NCBI GenBank assembly: GCA_937625935.1
Contig: OW569354.1
Span: 434,001-498,000, forward strand
Direction: 5' to 3'
DNA: 64,000 nucleotides
Source of the DNA: Tetramitus jugosus
Taxonomy: Eukaryota > Protista > Heterolobosea
Made by a program: the position numbers and the translations under genes
Shown: positions 43,203 to 54,700 of the stretch, piece by piece
Layout of the letters: the number at the start of each line of letters is the position of its first letter
How positions within the stretch are numbered: the stretch's first letter is position 1
The notes under the pieces: model-generated
The model's input: only the letters and a program-made list of their open reading frames with translations
Database searches by the model: none
What the model was told of the DNA's origin: nothing

Positions 43203-44117
43203 TCATCTCTTTTTCAACACGCTCCTAAAGTCAAATTGTCGCACTCCAGATTCATCCACATGCTCCTCCGCCTGCTTTGTGGGAGTTTTCTTCAGTGTGA
43301 CACCACTGAATGGAGAGCTACTTCTACTAGTATCTGTTTTGTGTCTCAAAACAGCTTGCTGCACGACACTTGCCATTCCACCACTTGGGGAATGTTGATC
43401 TGCTTGAGGTGATGACCGAGGAACAGGAGATAGATTTCCCTTCTCTGCTATCCATGAGGGAACTTTAGTTGGTGTGCTTGGTTGAGTGGAAGTGATGGGA
43501 GAGGTTTGAGGACTCTTTGCTAGTGGACTGTCAACTATCTGCTCTCGCTTCTTGAGCACCAGGTTCTGCATTTCTCTTGCAGCGGATATGACGTTCACTG
43601 CGGCTACTATAGAATTCTTCTCTACTCCTACTGGTCGCAATCTCACAGCACTCAAATCTCCCGTCGGCATCTGGAATGAAGAGGATTTAGTATGTTGTTG
43701 AGTCCTCTTCTCATCTTCATCTGTTAGTTGTTCGACAACCCCCAGTACTTTCATTTGCTCTCTGGTCGCTTCTACTCTCTTCTCAATCTTCTCATGTGTA
43801 ACATCGGATAATGACAACTCACCACTGAAATTGAGTTCATTGTCGTCCAATGACTTCAACAAAGAACTTCTCCTTGACAAGTGTCCCAAGCTAGTGCTGA
43901 GCTTTCTCCTGTTAGTGATTATCAATGACTTTCTCTTCATCGAACGGTCGACCAACATGCGGTTTCTAGAAGTAGAACTTTGAGATGTTTCTGTATCCTC
44001 CACTTTGTCCATTACACTTATTGCATCAATAGTTTCCTCTTTCCCCACCATCGATTCTGGGACGTTCACTTCTTCCTCACTCTCTCCTCGCTCTAGGTCT
44101 GAGATTGAAGAGGGCAT
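43203..44117 (-). CDS. Disordered protein with repeated actin-binding-like motifs
   Basis: LSAVRLRPV, VTLKKT and C-terminal FDFRSVLKKR. Confidence 0.6.
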   Translation of the reverse strand: MPSSISDLERGESEEEVNVPESMVGKEETIDAISVMDKVEDTETSQSSTSRNRMLVDRSMKRKSLIITNRRKLSTSLGHLSRRSSLLKSLDDNELNFSGELSLSDVTHEKIEKRVEATREQMKVLGVVEQLTDEDEKRTQQHTKSSSFQMPTGDLSAVRLRPVGVEKNSIVAAVNVISAAREMQNLVLKKREQIVDSPLAKSPQTSPITSTQPSTPTKVPSWIAEKGNLSPVPRSSPQADQHSPSGGMASVVQQAVLRHKTDTSRSSSPFSGVTLKKTPTKQAEEHVDESGVRQFDFRSVLKKR

Positions 44118-44371
44118 TTGTCAGAATGATTGATCTTCAGAAGATTCTCTCTTTGTCCACAATAACTCTGATGAGAGAGACTGAAAAAGATTCGGTATCC
44201 CAACTGTAAATTGACGGTAACTGTCGGGATTATAGTCCATATGTCGCACAACAAGATCTTGCCTCTGAAGGCAACACCCTCGAAAGGAACAACAGTTAAG
44301 TGCATATTGATCTAGATTTGAATTGAATTATTGTTTTTTACTTTTTTACAGATTTGTATGTACACTTTGAC

Positions 44372-46453
44372 TTAGTGTTCCGATTCACTATCCGAACTCG
44401 ATGTGGCTGATGCTTCTTGATCTACTTTTTGAGCAACTTCCGGTCCATTTGACTTCTTTCCAAAGTTCATTTGCTTGGAAGCCAACTTGTAATAGTATCC
44501 ATCTGGAATTTGCAACAGTTCCTGATGAGTTCCCTTCTCCTTCATTTCTCCCTTGTGCATCACGACAATGACATCCGAGTCAACAATTGTCGACAATCTG
44601 TGAGCAATCACAATCGTTGTTCTTCCCTTCATCAATCGATTCAATGCTTCTTGCACAGTGGCTTCAGACGTCGTGTCCAAAGCAGATGTGGCTTCATCAA
44701 GAAGCAACAGAGATGGATTTTGGATCATTGCTCTGGCAATAGCAATACGCTGCTTTTGACCACCAGACAATGAAACACCTCTCTCACCCAACTGTGTATC
44801 ATATCCATCAGGTAAGCTACTGATGAAATCGTGACAGTTGGCAGCCGTTGATGCGTTAATAACTTCTTCTTCGGAAACTTCTCGTCCTCCATGTTCATCC
44901 ACAATGGCATACTTGATGTTGTCTCTGATGGAACATGCGAACAGAGTTGGCTCCTGTGTCACAATACCAATGTTTCTGTGAATCCATCTAGGATCAATCT
45001 CTTCCAGATTGACTCCATCGAGGAACACTTCACCAGAATCTGGAGCATAGAATCTCTCCAACAATCCCACAATGGTCGACTTTAGGAAGAAAATGCATAA
45101 TTAATAAATGTTTAAATTCAACAATAAACAATAGCAAACAACAAAATATGAGCATACCTTTCCTGAGCCCGAAGCACCTACCAGGGCAACAGTCTGACCT
45201 GGGTTGATCAGCAATGAGAAATTCTTGAGTACTTGAACGTTCTTTCTTGCAGGGTAGGAAAAGTTGATGTTTCTAAAGTCCAAGGTACCAGTAATCTGAT
45301 TTGGAGTCACTCCTCCACTTGGTCTCAATGCTGGTTTTCTCTGAATGACCTTGAGCAAGGCGTTAACGTGGGAAGACGCACGACCAAAGTCTGGTAGAAT
45401 TTGCAGTGCCATCGACATACCCATGACACTCATGAGCACAAAACCAAACACCTTGAACAATTCACCCGTTGTCATCTCACCCTCTCTCGTCAATCTACCA
45501 CCATACCAGAATGCAAGTGATATCACAGCCCAGATACAAAATGTGGAGAAACCAATGTTCACTCCAAGAGTTGCACTCTTCATCAAGTACAATGGATGAG
45601 CCTCAGTGAGCTTATTGTGGAATCGAAGCTTTTCCTTCTCTTCACCGTCCATGGATCGCACAGTTCTCAGTGATGAAATCACTTCATTGGCCACAGAGTT
45701 GGCAGCATTGGTCTTGTTGGACACGAGTCGCGCAAACACCTTTACCAGAATACCTGCACTACCGAGTGCACCAGCCAACAATGGAGACACAGAGAACATG
45801 ACAAGTGCCATCTTCCATCCCGATGCCAGTGCAAGTGCCATTCCCAGAATGACTTGAATCATGTGCTTGCAAAATTCGCCAAACTTGAGTGTCATGGCAT
45901 CCGTAATCACCTCCATATCTGCAATCTCAGATATCAGTTGACCCGTCTTCTTAATATCAAAGTATCCAATCTCTTGATTCATTAATGAATCAAAATAGGC
46001 CTTTCTCAATCGATTTCCAATACGATCATGAGCAAAATTCATAAAATAGTGCAACAACAATGCACCTGCCCATGAACAAGCAGCAACAATAGACATCCAA
46101 ATGGCAGCCTGTATCACACTTGACTTGAACATGGCAACTTGTCTCAGTGAAGCCACACTGTTGACCAATCGAGACTTGCTGGGCATGATGACCGTCTTTG
46201 GCGACAAGTCATCAATCAGACCACCGAGAACTTGATAGAGAATGATGGGCATTGTACCAGAGATGCCAGCACCCAACATTCCCAAGAATATCCAAATGAC
46301 TTCCCAGTTGATCACCCACCAAACATAGAGATTACTTCTGAGATGTGGTTCGTGCTCATCCTTGACCTCTGCTGCCTTCTCCATCATTCTCTTCTCTTTT
46401 CTCTCCTTTCTCTTCTCCTTCCTCTCTCTTCTCTTTTCTGTCATAACACCCAT
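44372..46453 (-). CDS. ABCB-family half transporter (intron 45157-45080)
   Basis: TM domain, spliced Walker [35 protein letters not shown]. Confidence 0.92.
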
Positions 46454-46935
46454 GGTTTATTAATGTTATTGTATATATATATATGTGAGTTAGCTATATG
46501 AGCTATTAGGTGTAGCTTATGTTGTTGTTGTTGTTTGTTGTTTGGTTAACCCCTTAAACTGTTGGTTATCTTGTTTTGTGTTTTGTCAGAGATTCAGAGG
46601 AGAGATTAGAGCTCTTAAATATTCTCTGCAACGAGGTAGAGTGGAGCAGCAACAGCATCAGTGCAAAATGTCCCTAGAAAGCCTAAATGAAAGAAAAAAG
46701 CCGAAATGCAACAGGTGTCCCTTGAAGAAACTCACTGCAACTTTATGTTCGATGACACATGGAAAATTATCAAGCATTCCTCAAAAGGAACGGATGATTG
46801 TTTCATACCGGGAATATATGTTTCGAACCGTTTTTTCTCCCCTTCTTTTTCTCCTGTAGCGCGCTTCCGTTGGGATTCATTGCACCTTCTTCGTGCTCGT
46901 TGAACAAAAAGCCACGTCGTCGCTGAGGGGACTTT

Positions 46936-47217
46936 TTATTGCTTGGGTGATTGGTTGGTATTGGAATACTTTTGTGTAATGAGTTCTTCCATGAGTGGCT
47001 TCTGCTTCTCTTCAAAGTAGACTGTATTTTTTTGCTTCAAATCAAATTTTCTCTTTTCGATGAACCTCTTGGTCCACGAAGGAGGACAAGTATCTGCCAG
47101 TTTTGTGTACTGCGATTGACAAGATGACAAATCTTCATTGTTCATCTCCAAACAATAATAGAGTTGATCTCTCAAAAACCAACACATTTCCCTCTGTGCA
47201 TGATTGCTGTCCGACAT
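46936..47217 (-). CDS. COA6: COA6/COX6B-like twin-Cys mitochondrial protein
   Basis: REMCWFLRDQLYYCL...C...CPPSW pattern (CX9C-CX10C). Confidence 0.75.
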   Translation of the reverse strand: MSDSNHAQREMCWFLRDQLYYCLEMNNEDLSSCQSQYTKLADTCPPSWTKRFIEKRKFDLKQKNTVYFEEKQKPLMEELITQKYSNTNQSPKQ

Positions 47218-47981
47218 TTTGCGTTTTTTGCTGGCGGGAATTTTTTACAACACAGAAAGATGACTGCTTCTTCACATCGGCAGTGATACAATTGGTTTCC
47301 AAAATGATGCTGGATCTTGAGTGTGTCACTCATGTGAAATGAAGTGAGTGTGTGATCTCTTGATAGGATATCGGGTGGAACTTTTTTTCTTGAAAGCGAC
47401 AACGAATCCATTGATCATCTGAGATCTCAAGCAAGAGGGGCATGCAAGCACCACGGAACAAGGGTTAAATAATTGAATAATTTTTTACAGCAAAATATAA
47501 ATCGTTGTCATTGTTGTTATCATTGTTGTTGCCATGTCGTCCTTTGTGTGAAGCAAGTGAGGAAGTCGAAAAAATCCAATGAACCAGGACAGATGGAGAC
47601 CAGTTAAAACGACACCATTTTCGCACCACTCTCGTCGTTGCTCAATCCATTACATTCTCATCTGTCCATGTCCACCATTGGTGGTTCTGTTGTTGTCCAT
47701 TTCAACTGCTCGACCTTTCATTGAATTTCAAATGTACAATATATTCTTCTTCAATTGGTTGTTCGTCAACAGTTGAATTTTTCTTCACAGCTTCTCCCTT
47801 CTTCCATCAAAACTCCTCACTCAATTGACCATTTGGAATCTCAGAAACAGCAACCACAACAATCATATCTCCACACAGGGGGGAACCAAGCAATGACACA
47901 CAAAATATATATATAGAGAGAGAGATATGTGATGATGATACTTGTTATATTGTTGTGATGATTTTGGTCTCACACAATAAT

Positions 47982-48884
<903 letters not shown>

Positions 48885-48985
48885 TCAAATTACAAAATGG
48901 ATCGGAATATCTACAACTGGAAGGACGTCCAACATCGCACAATACCGCGAAAGGGAAATGAAATATACAACGAGAGTTCATCTTT

Positions 48986-50770
48986 TTATTCAGCGCCGGT
49001 AATGAGACGATAAAGATTGAATGGTGTGCTGGTGAGGAAGCAGAATATACCTACAATGCACAAGAGTAGAGCTGGTAGTTTCTGTCTAGAGTACCAACGT
49101 TCAGGTGCCAACTTCAAGTAGCACAGCGAAGGTAAAACATAGGCCAGAGAAACTGCAGCGAAACCACCGGCCAACTCGAGGACGCTACCCAAGTCCTTCA
49201 CGAGGATAGCAATGCCAGTAATGAGGGCAAGCATGAACACTGTGAGGAGACGCACCAAATGAACCTCCTTGATGAATGATCGTTCTGGGAGAGATGCCTT
49301 CCTCAGGATGGTTGTCTTGAGCAAGTCAGAGGCCGCAGTTTTACAGACAAACATTTCCAGAGGCATGGTGAAAAACATGGTCAACGTAATGGCAAATCTG
49401 GCAATATTACCTTGAATGCTCGAGCCTGGCAGATTGGTCAAAATGTTTCCTCTTGTGTTGTTTTGGAATGACAGGAATCCCATCACAGCCAAGATGAGCA
49501 GCACAAATGCAGAGGCAAACATGGACATGTGAGTCGAATAACGGAATCTCTGTGGACTGGCATTCTTCATGGCACCGTACAGCAAATGACTGTTGTGATG
49601 CGCAGAGAAGGCCATACTGAACACTCCAATCGCTCCAAACACATTCTTGCTCAGAAACAGAGAACTGAAACTGGAGGGCAATGATGTAATGTCCTCTGGT
49701 TCAGGATTACCACTCTTGACACGAACAAAGATAATGATTGCCTCTGCAATCACCACTCCTAGTAAAGTGATTTCAGAGACAATGGACAAGAAGGAAAACT
49801 TTTCCAATTTGCTAATATTGTCCAGCATGGACAGTGGTCCAATGACGAACACAACTGCCATAATAATCCAAAACGTTCTGTTAATCAACAATTGATACCA
49901 CCAGGTACCAGTGTTGTGAGTCAAGTGAGACATGAAGAATTCCATGACTGCAGGCAACGAATCACCTACAATAATCGTATAACCGACTGAGCCGACAAAT
50001 GTGAGGAACCACATGAAGAATGCAGTGGCAATTCTACCAACAACACCAAACGCCTTTTGGCACAGTGCAGGATAGGTTCTCGCAGAGCACATGTGAGATG
50101 TCCGTATCAACAGACCAATGCTCCAATCAGTGACACAGGCCATGACCACCAATAGAATCACACCAGAGATGAGACCTGATTCCTTGAGAGCATACGGCAT
50201 TCCAACAATGCCCACACCTAGAATACTGTTTGTAAAGTTGGCGCTCGTTCCAAAAATACCACTTTTTTTACCGTGTCCTGCATCTGACGCAGTTTGACCC
50301 GCTTCCAACGCCAATTCATATTCTTCTCTTGATCCGCGATCCAACAATTCAATGGATGGTCTCCACATGGACGTGTCTGATTGAAGATCGAGAGACATGG
50401 AACGTCGTTCACCACCATCATCAGACATGAGATCCAACGATGGTCTTCCACCGTCAGTGCTAATGCTATTGTGAGAAATGGAGTGTGGCATCTCAAGGGA
50501 TTTATCGCCAGGTGAAACGACAGATGTCGGAGTATTCGTCGAATGACTGCTACTTCCGACACTACTGTTGTGATGGTTGTTCATTGTGACGACATAGTCG
50601 AAAGGTGATGGAGTATCAGAGGGAGAGTTCATGAGTGGATGAACAGAGACAGAAGGTGATGATGATAGGGATGATGAATCTGGCATACCAGACAAGATTT
50701 CACTGGGAGTGTTGACAACTTGAGGAGCTGGGCCAGTATCGTATTGGTCGTGAGAGTGTGTGGATGACAT
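48986..50770 (-). CDS. SLC38/AAAP amino-acid transporter (SLC38A11/AVT-like)
   Basis: NFTNSILGVGIVGMPYA; about 11 TM helices; Ser-rich N-terminus. Confidence 0.9.
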   Translation of the reverse strand: MSSTHSHDQYDTGPAPQVVNTPSEILSGMPDSSSLSSSPSVSVHPLMNSPSDTPSPFDYVVTMNNHHNSSVGSSSHSTNTPTSVVSPGDKSLEMPHSISHNSISTDGGRPSLDLMSDDGGERRSMSLDLQSDTSMWRPSIELLDRGSREEYELALEAGQTASDAGHGKKSGIFGTSANFTNSILGVGIVGMPYALKESGLISGVILLVVMACVTDWSIGLLIRTSHMCSARTYPALCQKAFGVVGRIATAFFMWFLTFVGSVGYTIIVGDSLPAVMEFFMSHLTHNTGTWWYQLLINRTFWIIMAVVFVIGPLSMLDNISKLEKFSFLSIVSEITLLGVVIAEAIIIFVRVKSGNPEPEDITSLPSSFSSLFLSKNVFGAIGVFSMAFSAHHNSHLLYGAMKNASPQRFRYSTHMSMFASAFVLLILAVMGFLSFQNNTRGNILTNLPGSSIQGNIARFAITLTMFFTMPLEMFVCKTAASDLLKTTILRKASLPERSFIKEVHLVRLLTVFMLALITGIAILVKDLGSVLELAGGFAAVSLAYVLPSLCYLKLAPERWYSRQKLPALLLCIVGIFCFLTSTPFNLYRLITGAE

Positions 50771-51278
50771 GTTAAATTTCCTGAAAAGAGATAAAAGAGA
50801 TAATTTACATGAAACAATGTTCTTGTGTTTGTTGTTGTTGTTGTTGTTGTGTTTGTTTTCTTGTTTTATATTCAATGGTCTTTTGGGTGGTTTTTCGGTA
50901 AATGGGCTTTTTGTTGTCCTTTCGACACCCAACAATCCCGAAAACCCCATGCGGGATATGTCTTGGATCGGTCAACGGAATCATTCCAAGGTATTTTGGT
51001 CACAGGATCGCACGAAAATCGGACGGAGAAGTCCTCCATGGTTCAATCAAATCTATCTCGCAAATAGATACTGTCAGTTTACAATGTTACAACAAGGTGT
51101 CAAAAAAACTTCGCGACTAAACCTTTTATTTTTGCTGACCGAATATTGGCCAGATTAGGATCCAGGCCAAGAAAGATCTGGAAGCTTTAAAACGCCAGGT
51201 TGTTCTCCAATCTACCTCCAAAGATCAGAAACAAGCAAAAACACAATAGTCAAGCTACACAATCACTGAAGAACAACC

Positions 51279-51422
51279 ATGGTCGATACTAAGAATATGA
51301 AATGCCAAGACAAGAATCTCTTGCAAGAAGTGAAGAAGGGAGCAAAACTCAAGCACGTGGCGCCAAAGGACATCAAGACGCCAAAGGTCGAAGGTCTTGG
51401 AAAGGTCAAGGACAGAAAGTAA
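51279..51422 (+). CDS. Actobindin/beta-thymosin/WH2-like microprotein (47 aa)
   Basis: MVDTKNMKCQDKNLLQEVKKGAKLKHVAPKDIKTPKVEGLGKVKDRK*; amphipathic helix followed by LKHV; CAA-rich leader; below the ORF-track size cutoff. Confidence 0.75.
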   Translation: MVDTKNMKCQDKNLLQEVKKGAKLKHVAPKDIKTPKVEGLGKVKDRK

Positions 51423-51784
51423 ATTGGTGGTGATAGTACGGCGTCGCAAGAGCACCCTCAAGAGAAATGGCAAATCCACATAGAAGAGATTAACTGTAAA
51501 TAAACAAGAACACAATTTGCCTTGAAATTGATTTCCACCGACTTACAAACTTATCTTCTCATCCGGAATGTTTTTCTTTTCATTCTTCTGTTGTGCATCA
51601 GGACATATTGCTAAGAAATGCCCAACCTTTGTCACAGGACTCTCAGGCAACGACAGTGAATTACTCTTTTTTTCTTCATCGGGCACTGAGTGCTCGGCAG
51701 GCGAAATGTCTCACATGAGCACGAATAAATACAGATAGTGTTGATGAGAATCTTTATGGGTCGATATCATTTGATTGTATTCAG

Positions 51785-54700
51785 TTAGTTGGTAGCAAAT
51801 GCCTCAAGTAGCAAGAAGTACGATTCGATGTTTTTGAAGTGGTTGAGTTTCTTCTCCAATTCTTTGTTGAGTACTGTCCTCCTTTGTCTCATGTGTGTGA
51901 TGATAGAGTCAAACAAGTAGGGTTTTGCATGTTCTTGAGACAAGTGATCGACCAACACTGATACATCGCATATCCGACCCATGATCTTGCAGATACATCG
52001 AACGAGTTTTGGATCTAACGCTGTCGCATTGAGAGTATTCAACACTATATGTTCCAAATGATTTTGGCCATATCTCATTTTTAAAGTGGCACATACTTCA
52101 GCACATTGAATACGAACATTAACATCGGAAGAGTTGAGCAGAAGAGTCTCTGCTTGAAAGGCAATGTTGACTACAACACTTGCCACATTAGTTTTAGTCA
52201 TTAATTGGGACTCACTTAGATTTGTGTCCAATATGTTTCTCATCGACTCTAGGGCTTGAGCACATAGTTTCGAACATCTCATAAACGAACCAGTGACGAT
52301 GGATGATAAGTTCTCCAATGTTTTGATGATGAATTGTTTCAATTCGTGCGTGTCATCATAGACATATCTCTGTGATGTTGATTCGGAGCGTTGGATCGCT
52401 CTCGCGAGCATATTTTCTATCATCCTTATAGCGGTACGCTTCATTGATACGCTTTCATCTCCATCAGTGATAGGAGATTGAATGCTTGCTAGATCCGTCA
52501 GTAAGGCAAAGAAGTTCATATCCAAAGCTTCTGGGAAATTATCATTTTGCTGATCTAAGCACAATAGACCACTTAGAGCAGCCTCCTTTGAGGACAATGC
52601 CGCTTTTCTCGTGAGTATCTCCATAAAATAAGCTCTCATGTTATTGACGCGTCCGAAGGATTGCGCATCTAAAGCCATAATACGGGCAATCTTACGCTTG
52701 AAATTAGAAACATCAAACAGCTGCTTCATGGTGCTTTCAATGCTTGATGGTAGCTGATCAATCAGCGAACAGAGTGTGTTGTATGCTTCATGTCTAACTC
52801 TCTTCACAGGATCAAGCAATAGTTGAATCAACAAATCAAAAACTATCGACTCCGACTCAAGAGGTATGGGTATGTCTCTGAGAGCAATACAAGCAGCCTC
52901 ACGAACATAAGATGACTTATGAACAAGGTTCACAGTGATCGAACGATAATACTCTCCTGATGACAGAGTGCTGCGCTTCATCATTTGACCAAGAGTCAAA
53001 ATAGCTTGTGCTCTCACGCTAGTTACTGTATGTTCATTTGATACCATCTCCATAACAACGCCAGACAGTTTAGAGTCCAAGGATGGACCAATCTTACCAA
53101 GTAATGACAATGACCGAACACGCTCAGCGATATTTTTGCTTGACACCATCTCAAATAATGTTTGTTTCGTAGAGTTCACAATGGAGTCAAGACTATCCAA
53201 GGGGGTCGAGTTCGTAGGGCATGTTGAATCAAATAAGTTCCGTGAGAGTTCTTCAGAATTTGCAAGCATCGCTTTCAAGTCTTTCAGAACCACACCTGAG
53301 CCGCTGTATCTCCTTGTATTCTTGTACTGATGTGATGCTCTGATCAATACAATAACCAATGCTCGTTCATAAATAGCAGCAAAGAAACCATTGGACGCAC
53401 GTTCCAACATATGATTCAATAACTTTTGAATGAGTTTGTGATATGCGGTCAAATTACCCAATATCAAAAATTCGGTGCTAATCATGTTCAATGAATTCAG
53501 AGCAGATTCACATGTCATCTCATTCTGTAAGCCTTGTATTATAGTGTCACTAATCATTGTCTCATAATTGGTCAATACAAATGGATCTCTCAATTTCTTA
53601 AATGATGATTCCTGCATGATGGATGATGGATGCACAAGACCTTGCATTAACTTACTCAATACTTTTGTTGAGGCCAAACTTGAAATGAGCTGATGAACTT
53701 GCTTTGAATTTTGCTCTTCGAGTGATCGTCGACGTACCATCTGCAGTAGAACACTATGCACAACCACAAGTTCACTTTGATTGATGGTTAATTTAGAGTG
53801 ACTCTTTTCTATCATCTGTTTTATACATCGAACAAAATCATCAATTGTCATGTTCCGGGCAGTCATAAAGATTGTTTCTCTATAATATGGCTCAAGTAGT
53901 ACCGCAGCAAGTGATCTCGATGATAATCGAATCTTTTTCTTCTTAAATACAACTCGAGCCTTTCGGATAAGAGATGGTAGGTTAGGGTTCGCCCAAACCA
54001 AGGACGCTAAATGTTCCTGAAAGCAAATGTGTCCAAATGAATATCTATCCTTTGTTCGCTTAATTAATCCGAAGGATTCATTGTCGACTTCAGCTTTTAT
54101 CCTTCTCCAAACGGCAAGTATTTGGATCGGTATCATGTCGATCCATTCATAACTCTTTATCCAGTTACATATTGAATCGTCATCCATGTACCGTTTCTTC
54201 GTTGCGTGCATATGTTCAGCAAATAGTGACAAAAAGTTAATGCATAAATCCCGAGTCAGCTCGATATCATTGATCTGGGATGAATCAGAACTAGAGAAAA
54301 TATTCCAACTTCTTCGAGATCGATTGGATTCATTTTTCAGCTTCTTTGTCACTGTTATTGTCTCAACAAACATTTTGATTGCAAAATCAAACACTTGAGA
54401 AGAATTGGTTGGTAGCATCCTCGTATGCCTATGTTCATGTTAGTAAAGTCAAGTGAAACAACTCACACCACAATAAAGTTCTACATACTGGAATGAGTGT
54501 ATCAGTATTGTCAAGAAGAGAGGGATAGCACAAATATCTGACAATGGTTGACTCTCATTAAGCTTGCTCATGAATTGTTCTGCTTCTGTTGGACCGAGTT
54601 GATTATAGACAATTGATTGCTTCAATTTTTGAGATAGAGGCATCAGTTTGTATACATCAAACGAGGTACAAATATCTGAGGTGGAGAATGTTGACGTCAA

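Noticed and set aside
46546-47468. piggyBac-like TTAACCC...GGGTTAA ends around COA6
   Set aside because: The match does not extend convincingly beyond 7-9 nt, and the interval contains a normal housekeeping gene.
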